Assembly: GCA_003539375.1 (NCBI GenBank)
Contig: DPPH01000052.1
Span: forward strand, 10,743-51,565
Direction: 5' to 3'
Origin: Clostridiales bacterium
GTDB taxonomy: Bacteria > Bacillota > Clostridia > Tissierellales > Dethiosulfatibacteraceae
DNA length: 40,823 nt
The notes under the pieces are model-generated. The model did not search any database. It saw only the letters and a program-made list of their open reading frames with translations, and was not told the DNA's origin. Numbering within the stretch: position 1 is the stretch's first letter; every line of letters starts with the position of its first letter. Position numbers and translations under genes: made by a program. Positions 24,217 to 33,522 of this stretch are shown here, one piece after another.

Positions 24217-25587
24217 ATGAATATAGGAATAATTTTGGCAGCAGGGGAAGGTACTAGAATGAAATCAAAAACCCCTAAAGTTTTACATGAAGTAATGGGC
24301 AAGAAAATTATTCAGTATGTTCTTGATGCTTGTAGTGAAGCCAATATAAATGAAAAAGTAATGATACTTGGCCACGGCAAGGAAAAAATAATTGAAACAT
24401 TGAAGGATAAAGATTTCAAATGGAAAGAACAACCTATTGGAGAGGATAAGCCTTACGGTACTGGATATGCAGTAATGCAGGCAGAAGATTTAATAGAGGA
24501 TAATGCTACTGTTGTAATTTTAAATGGAGATGTTCCCCTAATAGAAGGAAAAACTCTTGATAATTTTATTAATTTTCACAAAAAAAATAGCAACTCTGCT
24601 TCAGTACTTACAGCAAAATTGGAAGACCCATATGGATACGGTCGAATTATTAGAAAAGATGATAAAATCCTGGGTATAGTTGAAGAAAAAGATGCATCTG
24701 AAGAACACAAAAGAATTAATGAAATAAATTCAGGTATATACTGTTTCAATGGAAATGAGCTAAAAGAAATATTGAAAGAATTAGATACGGATAATTCCCA
24801 ACAGGAATATTACATAACAGATGGCATTAAAAAAATTGTTGAAAAAGGTTTAAAAGTAGGCGGTTATTTAATAGAGGACGCTATACAAATTAAAGGAGTA
24901 AATAACAGGATTCAACTCTCCGAATTAAGCACTGAGGAAAAAATTAGAATAAACAAAAAACATATGCTTAATGGAGTTAATATAATTGATCCTGATAATA
25001 CATATATAGAAAAAGACGTTGAGATAGGAATGGATACTACAATATACCCTAATACTTTTCTTGAAGGAAAAACTATTATTGGTGAAGATAATATTATAGG
25101 TCCCGGTACAATAATTCAAAACTCAAAAATTGGTAATAATAATAAAATTGAAAATTCTAAGATAATAAAATCTACATTAGAAAACCATAATAAAATTGGA
25201 CCTTATGCATATATTAGACCAAATTGCAAAATAGGAAGTTGTGTAAAAGTTGGAGATTTTGTAGAATTAAAAAATACAACTATAGGAGATAACTCAAAAG
25301 CTTCTCATCTTGCTTATTTAGGTGATGGTGAAGTAGGAGATAATGCTAATATAGGATGTGGAGTAATATTTGTAAATTATGATGGGAAAAACAAGCATAA
25401 GACAATAATAAAAGATGGAGCTTTCGTTGGAAGTAATTCTAACTTAGTCGCACCAATTGTTGTGGAAAAAGGAGCATATATTGCCTGCGGTTCTACAATT
25501 ACTGAAGATGTGGAAGAAAATGCTTTAGCTATTGGAAGAGCAAGACAGGTTACAAAAATAAATAAAGGTAAGGATAGATATAAATAG
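24217..25587 (+). CDS. glmU: Bifunctional UDP-N-acetylglucosamine pyrophosphorylase / glucosamine-1-phosphate N-acetyltransferase
   Basis: 456 aa. ILAAGEGTRMKS, NGDVPL, C-terminal left-handed beta-helix hexapeptide repeats. Confidence 0.95.
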   Translation: MNIGIILAAGEGTRMKSKTPKVLHEVMGKKIIQYVLDACSEANINEKVMILGHGKEKIIETLKDKDFKWKEQPIGEDKPYGTGYAVMQAEDLIEDNATVVILNGDVPLIEGKTLDNFINFHKKNSNSASVLTAKLEDPYGYGRIIRKDDKILGIVEEKDASEEHKRINEINSGIYCFNGNELKEILKELDTDNSQQEYYITDGIKKIVEKGLKVGGYLIEDAIQIKGVNNRIQLSELSTEEKIRINKKHMLNGVNIIDPDNTYIEKDVEIGMDTTIYPNTFLEGKTIIGEDNIIGPGTIIQNSKIGNNNKIENSKIIKSTLENHNKIGPYAYIRPNCKIGSCVKVGDFVELKNTTIGDNSKASHLAYLGDGEVGDNANIGCGVIFVNYDGKNKHKTIIKDGAFVGSNSNLVAPIVVEKGAYIACGSTITEDVEENALAIGRARQVTKINKGKDRYK

Positions 25588-25596
25588 GAGGTTAAG

Positions 25597-26544
25597 ATGC
25601 TTTTACAAAATGCAGGAATCAAACTTTTTAGTGCTGGTTCCAATAAGGATTTAGCTGAAAAAGTTAGCAAAGAATTAGGACAACCCTTAGGAAATTGTAC
25701 AGTTGGTGCATTTAGCGATGGAGAAACATCTGTAGAAATAAAAGAATCTGTTAGAGGGGCAGATGTATTTGTTATTCAACCCACATGTCCCCCTGTAAAC
25801 GAAAATCTTATGGAGTTACTTATATTCATTGATGCTTTAAAGAGAGCATCAGCAGGGAGAATTAATGCAGTAATTCCTTATTACGGATATGCAAGACAGG
25901 ATAGAAAGACCAAAGCTAGAGACCCAATTACATCAAAACTAGTAGCTGATATGATTACAGCAGCAGGAGCACATAGGGTAGTTACTATGGATTTACATGC
26001 TGGTCAGATTCAGGGATATTTTAACGTACCAGTAGACCATCTTTTAGGAGGACCAATTCTTGCAAGATATATAAAACCAATTATTGATGAAAACACAGTA
26101 ATTGTGTCTCCAGATGTTGGAGGGGTTTTGAGAGCTAGGAATTTTGCGACTTCTTTGGATCTCCCTATAGCAATCATAGAAAAAAGAAGACAAAAAGCCA
26201 ATGTTTCGGAAGTTATGAATGTAGTAGGAGATATAAAAGAAAAAAATGTAGTACTAATAGATGATATAGTAGATACTGCTGGATCCCTAACTAAGGCGGC
26301 TAAAGTACTCCAAGATTTAGGTGCGAAAAAGGTATACGCTTGTGCAACCCACGGAGTATTGTCAGGACCGGCAATAGAAAGAATTGAAAATTCTGTAATT
26401 GAAAGATTGGTTATAACTGATACGATTCCTTTATCAGAAGAAAAACAGATTGATAAGATAAAAGTTGTAAGTACAGCACCTCTTTTAGCTGACGTTATAA
26501 AGAGAGTATCTGAAGGTAGATCTATAAGTAAGCTTTTCGAATAA
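25597..26544 (+). CDS. prs: Ribose-phosphate pyrophosphokinase
   Basis: 315 aa. PYYGYARQDRK, DLHAGQIQGYF, PRPP-binding loop VLIDDIVDTAGS. Confidence 0.95.
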   Translation: MLLQNAGIKLFSAGSNKDLAEKVSKELGQPLGNCTVGAFSDGETSVEIKESVRGADVFVIQPTCPPVNENLMELLIFIDALKRASAGRINAVIPYYGYARQDRKTKARDPITSKLVADMITAAGAHRVVTMDLHAGQIQGYFNVPVDHLLGGPILARYIKPIIDENTVIVSPDVGGVLRARNFATSLDLPIAIIEKRRQKANVSEVMNVVGDIKEKNVVLIDDIVDTAGSLTKAAKVLQDLGAKKVYACATHGVLSGPAIERIENSVIERLVITDTIPLSEEKQIDKIKVVSTAPLLADVIKRVSEGRSISKLFE

Positions 26545-26557
26545 AAGAGGTGGTAGC

Positions 26558-27118
26558 ATGCATTTAATAATAGGCTTAGGTAATGTTGGCAGAAAGTATA
26601 ATGGAACCCGTCACAATGTAGGCTTTGATACAATTGACTATCTTGCATATAAAAACAAGGTAAAACTTGATAAAGCAAAATTTAATGCAGTTTTTGGTGA
26701 ATATAGAATTAATGGTGAAAAAGTTCTTTTAGTTAAACCCACTACTTATATGAACAGAAGCGGTTTTGCCGTTGTAGATTTAAAAAACTTTTACAAAGTC
26801 CCTAAAGAAAATATAATAGTAATATATGATGATGTAGATCTCGAACTAGGCAAATTGAGAATACGTCCAAGAGGAAGTGCCGGATCACACAACGGAATGA
26901 AATCAGTAATATACCAACTGGGAGATGATAATTTCCCTAGAATCAGAATAGGGGTAGGAAAAGACGAAAGAATGGATTTGGCAGCTTACGTACTTCAGAA
27001 ATTTCCTGATGATGAAAGAGAATTAGTAAAAGAAATAATAGAAAAAGCTGGAGATTCAGCCGAAGAAATTGTAAAAAAAGATGTAGATAAGGCTATGAAT
27101 AGGTTTAATATAAGATAA
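26558..27118 (+). CDS. pth: Peptidyl-tRNA hydrolase
   Basis: 186 aa. LIIGLGNVGRKYNGTRHNVGF, YMNRSG, GSAGSHNGMKS. Confidence 0.95.
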   Translation: MHLIIGLGNVGRKYNGTRHNVGFDTIDYLAYKNKVKLDKAKFNAVFGEYRINGEKVLLVKPTTYMNRSGFAVVDLKNFYKVPKENIIVIYDDVDLELGKLRIRPRGSAGSHNGMKSVIYQLGDDNFPRIRIGVGKDERMDLAAYVLQKFPDDERELVKEIIEKAGDSAEEIVKKDVDKAMNRFNIR

Positions 27119-27123
27119 AACAT

Positions 27124-27150
27124 GCTCGGGTAAAAATTTACCCGAGCTTT
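27124..27150 (+). terminator. Hairpin with short T-tract between pth and mfd (weak terminator/attenuator or mRNA stabiliser)
   Basis: GCTCGGGTAA (27124-27133) pairs with TTACCCGAGC (27138-27147). Only TTT follows. Confidence 0.35.
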
Positions 27151-27170
27151 AGCAGGTTAAGGATGAAGGC

Positions 27171-30100
27171 ATGAAAGATATATATGTAAAAACTTTAGAG
27201 GAAAATAGAAAAATAAAAGAAATTATTAATGAAATTAACCAGGGCATTAATCCTATCATCTACGGCTTAAATGAAGATGCACTGGCTTTTTTAGCTGCCT
27301 TTATTAAGAGTAAAGAAAATAAAAAGGTTTTAATTATTACCTATGACGATATAAGAGGTAGCAAAATCAATAGTAAAATTAAAGCTTTTACAGAAGAAGC
27401 TTTTCATTTAAAGAGTAAGCAATTTATTCTATACGGAATAGAAGCTCTTAGTAGAGATGATATGTACAGTAGAATAAATGTAATGGAACAGGCTGTAAAA
27501 GATAAAAATGGGGTTTTTGTTGCATCTCAAAAGGCTGTAACCGATAGGGTAATGAAAAAAGAGAGATTTAAAAGATATTCCTTGAAAATTAACTACGATA
27601 CATTAATAAATCAAGAAGAATTATCAAAGAATCTTATACTAATGGGATATAAAAGAGTTTCACAAGTAGAAGGTAAGGGACAGTTTTCTTTAAGAGGAGG
27701 AATAATAGATGTTTTTTCTCCATGGCAGGAAAATCCCTATAGAATTGAATTGTTTGGTGATGAAGTTGATTCAATTAGAACCTTTGACTATAGAAGTCAA
27801 AGGTCTATAGAAAATATAGATGAATGTCTTCTCATCCCCTGCTGTGAAATATTATTGGATGATGAAGAAATCTCTATAACAAAAAATAATATTAAAGAAG
27901 ACTACGAAGTATCTATGGAGAATATATCAAATAGAGAAACAGAAGATAATTTAAACAATTTATTTAGTGTTATGATGGAATCTTTAGATAATAGAGACTA
28001 TATTGATAATGCAGAATTTTTTTCTCCCTATACTCCCTTAGAGTATTCTAATTTTTTGGACTATTTTGATGAAAATACAATAGTTTTTTTTGATGAACCT
28101 AATAGAATTACTGAAGAGGATAAAATTAGAGAACTTGAATTTAATGAAAAATATATTGATTTATATGAAAAAGGAAAGGTTTTAACTAAACATAGAGATA
28201 TTTTCATTAATCACACAAATATTTTTAATACAATTAAGAAAGAATTAAGATACATAGTATATAATTCAATACTGAAAAACAATAAAGATTTTAAAGAAAA
28301 TGAAAAGATTCATTTTGAGAGTAAAGAAGTCAGGTCTTATTACGGTAATTTAGGTGAACTGGCAGAAGATATTAATAATTATAAAAAGAAAGGGTATAGA
28401 ATCGTAGTTACTATATCCTCATTAGAAAAAGGCATCAAATTATTTGATGATTTAAAAACCTTAGACTGTCAAGTAGGAGTTTCAGGAAAAGGAGATACAA
28501 AGGTACTAACTTCTCATGGACTGATAACTAGAGGTTATGTAGAAAAGGGTTTTGAGTTTCCTTTAGAAAAGTTTATTCTTTTAACAGAAAAAGAAATATT
28601 TGGAAGAATAAAAAAGAAGAAATCGAAAAAAAGAAAATCTAAAGGTTCAAAAATTGAAACTTTTACAGACCTTAATGTAGGAGATTACGTAGTTCACGAA
28701 CACCATGGAATAGGCAAGTATATAGGTATAGAAAAAATAGAAGTTAAAGAAATCACTAAAGATTACCTTACTATTGAATACAGGGGCAATGATAAACTCT
28801 TTGTACCTGTAGATCAGATGGACCTGGTACAAAAATACATCGGTTCTGATTCTGAAAAACCTAGAATAAATAAAATGGGCGGCAGCGAATGGATTAAGAA
28901 AAAAGCTAAAGCTCAAAAAGCTATAGAAGATATGACTGATGAACTTCTAGAATTATATGCTAAAAGAAAATCTATAGAAGGATATGCTTTTTCAGAAGAT
29001 AGTGAATGGCAAAAAGAATTCGAAGAAGAATTTCCTTATGAAGAGACAGACGACCAGCTTAGATGTGTTGAAGAAATTAAGGAAGATATGGAAAGTAAAA
29101 CTCCTATGGATAGACTTTTATGTGGTGATGTAGGTTTTGGAAAAACCGAAGTAGCAATTAGAAGTATTTTCAAAGCAGTATTTGAAGGTAAGCAGGCTGC
29201 AGTACTTGTGCCTACTACTATATTAGCTCAGCAGCATTACTCAAACATGATTGAAAGATTCAGAAACTACCCTATAACAATAGAAATGCTAAGCAGATTT
29301 AGAACTAAAAATCAGCAAAAAGAAATTTTGAAAAAGTTAAAATCTGGATTAGTAGATGTAGTAATAGGAACTCATAGGCTTTTATCCAAAGATGTAAAAT
29401 ATAAAGATTTAGGTTTGCTTGTAGTAGATGAAGAACAAAGATTTGGGGTAAAACATAAGGAAAAAATAAAAGAAATAAAAACAAATGTAGATGTATTAAC
29501 CCTTACAGCTACACCGATACCTAGAACATTACATATGTCCTTGATTGGTATAAGAGATATGTCTGTTATTGAAGAACCCCCGGGAGAAAGACTGCCTATT
29601 CAGACATTTGTTTTAGAAAACAACCCAGGATTTATAAGAGAAGCACTTACGAAGGAATTATCTAGAGGTGGACAGGTTTATTATGTCCACAATAGAGTTC
29701 ACGACATTCATAAAAAAGCTTCTAAAATCCAGGCACTTGTACCGGAGGCAAAAATTGCAGTAGCTCATGGACAGATGAATGAACACGAACTGGAAAACAT
29801 CATGATAGATTTCATAAATAGTAAGTATGATATATTGGTTTGTACAACTATAATAGAAACTGGAATGGATATAAAAAATGTTAACACTATGATAATTGAC
29901 GAAGCTGATAAATTTGGATTATCTCAACTTTATCAGCTAAGAGGAAGAATAGGAAGAAGTAGTAGGACTTCTTTTGCCTACCTAACTTACGAAAGAGATA
30001 AAGTTTTATCAGAAATTGCTGAAAAAAGACTCAAAGCTGTAAAAGAGTTTACAGAATTCGGCTCGGGATTTAAAATAGCTATGAGAGATTTAGAATTAAG

Positions 30101-30683
30101 AGGAGCAGGTAACTTGCTAGGGGCTCAGCAGCATGGTCACATGACAGCTATAGGATACGATTTATTTGTAAAGATGCTGGAACGTACAGTTAAAAAAGTT
30201 AAAGGTATGAAAAAAGAAACTTATGAAGACACAACGGTAACTATAGATTTAAATGTAGATGCTTTTATACCAAATTACTACATAGTAGATGAAGAACAGA
30301 AGATTGAGATATACAAAAAAATCTCAGCCCTTGAAGAAAAAGAAGACATACTTGATGTATCAGATGAGATTATTGATAGATATGGAGAAATACCTAGAGA
30401 AGTCAACAATTTACTAAAACTATCAAGCATAAAGATATTTGCTTCGAAAATTGGGATTAAAGAAATTAAACAAAAGAACAACAAACTTCACGTTGAGTTT
30501 AGGAAAGATGATGATTTAATTAACAAAACATTAGGAGAAATGTTTAAAGATAATAAAGAAAGTATTGAAAAAGTAACGAAAGATTACAAATTAATATATA
30601 AAATCAAAGAAGATGATAAGAGCATTTTAGACAACCTTGAAAATGTATTCGAAAAAATATATGATCAAGTAGCTAACGTGTAA
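27171..30683 (+). CDS. mfd: Transcription-repair coupling factor
   Basis: 1170 aa. RNAP-interacting region, superfamily 2 helicase motifs GDVGFGKTEVA, DEEQRFGV, LTATPIPRTL, QLRGRIGRS, and a TRCF C-terminal domain. Confidence 0.97.
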   Translation: MKDIYVKTLEENRKIKEIINEINQGINPIIYGLNEDALAFLAAFIKSKENKKVLIITYDDIRGSKINSKIKAFTEEAFHLKSKQFILYGIEALSRDDMYSRINVMEQAVKDKNGVFVASQKAVTDRVMKKERFKRYSLKINYDTLINQEELSKNLILMGYKRVSQVEGKGQFSLRGGIIDVFSPWQENPYRIELFGDEVDSIRTFDYRSQRSIENIDECLLIPCCEILLDDEEISITKNNIKEDYEVSMENISNRETEDNLNNLFSVMMESLDNRDYIDNAEFFSPYTPLEYSNFLDYFDENTIVFFDEPNRITEEDKIRELEFNEKYIDLYEKGKVLTKHRDIFINHTNIFNTIKKELRYIVYNSILKNNKDFKENEKIHFESKEVRSYYGNLGELAEDINNYKKKGYRIVVTISSLEKGIKLFDDLKTLDCQVGVSGKGDTKVLTSHGLITRGYVEKGFEFPLEKFILLTEKEIFGRIKKKKSKKRKSKGSKIETFTDLNVGDYVVHEHHGIGKYIGIEKIEVKEITKDYLTIEYRGNDKLFVPVDQMDLVQKYIGSDSEKPRINKMGGSEWIKKKAKAQKAIEDMTDELLELYAKRKSIEGYAFSEDSEWQKEFEEEFPYEETDDQLRCVEEIKEDMESKTPMDRLLCGDVGFGKTEVAIRSIFKAVFEGKQAAVLVPTTILAQQHYSNMIERFRNYPITIEMLSRFRTKNQQKEILKKLKSGLVDVVIGTHRLLSKDVKYKDLGLLVVDEEQRFGVKHKEKIKEIKTNVDVLTLTATPIPRTLHMSLIGIRDMSVIEEPPGERLPIQTFVLENNPGFIREALTKELSRGGQVYYVHNRVHDIHKKASKIQALVPEAKIAVAHGQMNEHELENIMIDFINSKYDILVCTTIIETGMDIKNVNTMIIDEADKFGLSQLYQLRGRIGRSSRTSFAYLTYERDKVLSEIAEKRLKAVKEFTEFGSGFKIAMRDLELRGAGNLLGAQQHGHMTAIGYDLFVKMLERTVKKVKGMKKETYEDTTVTIDLNVDAFIPNYYIVDEEQKIEIYKKISALEEKEDILDVSDEIIDRYGEIPREVNNLLKLSSIKIFASKIGIKEIKQKNNKLHVEFRKDDDLINKTLGEMFKDNKESIEKVTKDYKLIYKIKEDDKSILDNLENVFEKIYDQVANV

Positions 30684-30710
30684 ATTGTCATAAAATAATA
30701 GGAGGAAAAA

Positions 30711-31763
30711 ATGAAAAACAAAAAAATAATTTTAATTTTAACATTAGTTTTAACAATAGGGATGCTTTCAGGATGTATTCAAAAAGCAGAAAGTGAAGAA
30801 GTAGCAACAGTAAATGGTGAAAGTATATCTAGAGAAGCATATTTAAACGAATTAAATATCTATAAAAATATGTATGAAACTCAGTACGGCAAGGATGTTT
30901 GGAGTATAGAAATAGAAGAAGGAAAAACCTTTGAAAGATTTCTTAAAGAGTCAGTTTTAGAAAATATGATAACAGATAAAGCTTTAGAACAGGTTGCAGC
31001 AGAATACGGTGTAGAGGTTACTGATGAAGATTTAGAGAGCCAATTCGAAACATATAAAGCTCAGTTTCCATCAGAAGAAGATTATCAAACCTTTATAGAG
31101 TCTAATAATATGACTGAAGAATATTTAAAAAATACTATAAGAAAAGATAAATTAATAAATACTTATCTGACAAACTATACTGAGGAATTAGAAGTGACGG
31201 AAGATGAGTTAAAGACTTACTACGAAGAAAATAAAGATCAGATAGACAAAGTAAGAGCAAGCCATATTTTAGTTGAAGACCCTGTTCTTGCTCAAGACAT
31301 ACTAGCAAAGCTTTACGATGGAGAAGATTTTGCTAAATTAGCAGAAGAGCACTCAATAGACAGTACATCAAAAACCGGTGGTGACTTAGGATTCTTTGGT
31401 AAGGGAGAAATGATTCCGGAATTTGAAGAAGTAGCCTTCAGCTTAGATGTTGGAGATTTAAGTGGACTTGTTGAAAGCCAGTTTGGAATTCATATAATAA
31501 AAGTTACTGAAAAACAAACTACTTTTGAAGAGAATAGAGAAGCTGTGGAAGAACAGTATAGAAGTACACTTTTTAATGAGAGAGTTACTGAAGTAAAAGA
31601 AAATGCAGAAGTGGAAAAATCCGTAGACTATGATAAAATAGATTTAGGAATCGAGGAATCACCTGAAGAAGAGTCAGATTCAACAGGGGAAGAAGAGTCA
31701 CAAAATCAAGAATCCGATGATTCAGAAAATGAAGATGGTGAAGGAAGCGAAGAAACAGAATAA
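30711..31763 (+). CDS. prsA: PrsA/SurA-like peptidyl-prolyl isomerase lipoprotein (parvulin domain) with acidic C-terminal tail
   Basis: 350 aa. Signal peptide with lipobox LSGC. Parvulin block RASHILV...GGDLGFFGKGEMIPEFEE...FGIHIIKV. C-terminal SPEEESDSTGEEESQNQESDDSENEDGEGSEETE. Confidence 0.8.
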   Translation: MKNKKIILILTLVLTIGMLSGCIQKAESEEVATVNGESISREAYLNELNIYKNMYETQYGKDVWSIEIEEGKTFERFLKESVLENMITDKALEQVAAEYGVEVTDEDLESQFETYKAQFPSEEDYQTFIESNNMTEEYLKNTIRKDKLINTYLTNYTEELEVTEDELKTYYEENKDQIDKVRASHILVEDPVLAQDILAKLYDGEDFAKLAEEHSIDSTSKTGGDLGFFGKGEMIPEFEEVAFSLDVGDLSGLVESQFGIHIIKVTEKQTTFEENREAVEEQYRSTLFNERVTEVKENAEVEKSVDYDKIDLGIEESPEEESDSTGEEESQNQESDDSENEDGEGSEETE

Positions 31764-31779
31764 ATCAAAGGAGTGTACT

Positions 31780-33468
31780 ATGAAAATAAAATTTACCGGA
31801 GCAGCGGGAACAGTTACCGGATCATGTCATTATTTAGAAATTGAAGATAAAAAAGTTCTTTTAGATTGCGGCTTATTTCAAGGGAAAAAAGAAGTAGAAG
31901 AATTAAATTATGAAGAATTTCAATTTAATCCAAAAGAAATAGATTATTTATTTTTAAGTCATTCTCATATTGATCACAGTGGCAGAATTCCTTTATTAGT
32001 AAAAAAAGGTTTCCAAGGAAAAATTTATGCAACAAAGCCAGCAAGTGACTTATGTTCAATTATGCTAATGGATAGTGCCCACATACATGAAGTAGAAGCA
32101 GAGTGGAAAACTAGAAAGGCCCTAAGAAAAGGTGAAGAAGAAGTTAAACCCTTATATACTAGTGAAGATGCTTCTGAATCTCTGAAGTTGTTCAATCCTG
32201 TTCTGTACAATCAAAAAGTTGAAATTGATGAAAATATTACTTTGAGATTTAAAGATGCAGGTCACATACTTGGTTCAGCTATTATAGAACTATGGATAAA
32301 AGAGAACGGCGAAGAGGAAAAGCTTGTATTTACTGGAGACTTAGGAATGAAGGATAAACCTATTCTTAGAAATCCTGAAATAGTTGAAGAATGTGATTAT
32401 CTAATCATAGAGTCTACATATGGAAATAGACTACATGAAGAAGTTGAAAAGAGAACGGATAAATTAATAGATGTACTTGTTAAAACAATAAAAGAAGAAG
32501 GAACCGTTGTTATTCCATCCTTTGCTGTAGGTAGAACCCAAGATATTATTTATGAACTTAACAAATATTATGATGGCAAGGAAACAGAGTCGAAAAAAAT
32601 ACTACAGGACATACCTGTATATATAGATAGTCCTCTAGCTACTAAAGCTACTCAGATATTCAATCAAAATCCTCAAGCCTTTGATAAAGAGGCTAGGGAT
32701 TACATTATGAAAGGTGATAATCCTTTATTCTTTAAAAATTTACATTTTACACAAAGTGTAGATGATTCTAAAGCTCTTAATATATCTACAGAACCTAAGA
32801 TAATAATTTCTGCAAGTGGGATGTGTGAAGCTGGTAGGATAAGACATCATTTAAAACACAATCTGTGGAGACATAATGCAGCAGTTGTTTTTGTAGGTTA
32901 TCAAGCTGATGGTACCTTGGGTCAGAGATTGAAAGATGGCGAAAAGGAAGTAAAAATATTAGGAGAAGAAATAAAAGTAAACGCAAATATATACAGTATT
33001 GAAGGATTTTCCGGACATGGCGATAGAGATGATCTGCTAGCATGGTTAAAGGAAATTAAGAAAACTCCAAAGAAAACCTTTATAGTACATGGAGAAGAGG
33101 ATGCAAGAGAAGAATTTGCTGAAACTATTAAGAACCAACTAGGTCTGGAAACTATTATTCCAAAAAAAGATGAAGAGTTTCAAGTAACTTTAGAGAGCGT
33201 AGAAAGTTTGGGGCATGAAGATAGCAGAACTTTATTCAAATCTTTAAGAAGGATTGCTGAAGAAGAAAGTCAACTGGTAGAAGTAGAGAAGGTAAAGGAA
33301 TTAAAAGATAAACTAAAAGAATTAAAAGTACTGTTTAGTAAGACTACTGAAATTACAGATAGTAATTTAAAAGAAGAATTAACAACTAAAGATTATAATA
33401 AAATCAAAAATCATATAATAGAATTGGAAAAAAGCATTGTTAACCTTACAATGTCAAGTGGAAAGTAA
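31780..33468 (+). CDS. MBL-fold beta-CASP family hydrolase (RNA-metabolising metallo-beta-lactamase type) with C-terminal helical extension
   Basis: ORF 31717-33468 trimmed to ATG 31780 (MKIKFTGAAGTVTGSCHYLE), preceded by AAAGGAG. HSHIDHSG metal motif, beta-CASP-type blocks (ESTYG, SASGMCEAGRIRHHL, GFSGHGD). The last roughly 90 aa are charged and coiled-coil-like. Confidence 0.8.
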   Translation: MKIKFTGAAGTVTGSCHYLEIEDKKVLLDCGLFQGKKEVEELNYEEFQFNPKEIDYLFLSHSHIDHSGRIPLLVKKGFQGKIYATKPASDLCSIMLMDSAHIHEVEAEWKTRKALRKGEEEVKPLYTSEDASESLKLFNPVLYNQKVEIDENITLRFKDAGHILGSAIIELWIKENGEEEKLVFTGDLGMKDKPILRNPEIVEECDYLIIESTYGNRLHEEVEKRTDKLIDVLVKTIKEEGTVVIPSFAVGRTQDIIYELNKYYDGKETESKKILQDIPVYIDSPLATKATQIFNQNPQAFDKEARDYIMKGDNPLFFKNLHFTQSVDDSKALNISTEPKIIISASGMCEAGRIRHHLKHNLWRHNAAVVFVGYQADGTLGQRLKDGEKEVKILGEEIKVNANIYSIEGFSGHGDRDDLLAWLKEIKKTPKKTFIVHGEEDAREEFAETIKNQLGLETIIPKKDEEFQVTLESVESLGHEDSRTLFKSLRRIAEEESQLVEVEKVKELKDKLKELKVLFSKTTEITDSNLKEELTTKDYNKIKNHIIELEKSIVNLTMSSGK

Positions 33469-33482
33469 TTTTAAAAGTATAG

Positions 33483-33522
33483 AACCTTACATCTGTTTAA
33501 TTAACTGATGTAAGGTTTTTTT
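33483..33522. terminator. Bidirectional terminator between convergent beta-CASP gene and Mrp-like operon
   Basis: AACCTTACATC (33483-33493) pairs with GATGTAAGGTT (33507-33517), then TTTTTT. The T-run overlaps the stop codon of the minus-strand gene. Confidence 0.75.

Noticed and set aside
8276-25670. Numerous 60-106-aa antisense ORFs inside pyc, mtnA, hutU, ftcD, hutI, hutH, the Ldh_2 gene, purR, spoVG and glmU (for example 14428-14748, 15002-15250, 15785-16039, 23468-23713, 25377-25670). The same applies to those further right in mfd and the beta-CASP gene (28647-28916, 30278-30484, 32025-32210, 32795-33043) and to 5410-5646 in selU.
   Set aside because: All lie opposite strongly supported conserved genes. 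Their translations are Ser/Leu/Phe/Ile-rich with no motifs.
26010-26678. 222-aa ORF antisense to the 3' half of prs and the start of pth; unusually long for a low-GC genome
   Set aside because: It starts at TTG with no Shine-Dalgarno upstream. The product is low-complexity (Ser/Thr/Ile/Phe-rich) with no recognisable motif. It lies entirely opposite two very confidently called, highly conserved genes. This is a typical shadow ORF in the codon-complementary frame.
22917-31763. purR-spoVG-glmU-prs-pth-mfd-prsA block as something unusual (ridA/yabJ and the L25/ctc gene are absent compared with B. subtilis)
   Set aside because: This is the well-known conserved origin-proximal Firmicutes arrangement. 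Loss or relocation of yabJ and ctc is a common lineage difference and not evidence of a novel system.
31660-31763. Acidic Ser/Glu/Asp-rich tail of the PrsA-like lipoprotein as a separate feature
   Set aside because: Low-complexity acidic tails are common on exported Firmicutes chaperones. There is no repeat structure at the DNA level and no independent coding signal.
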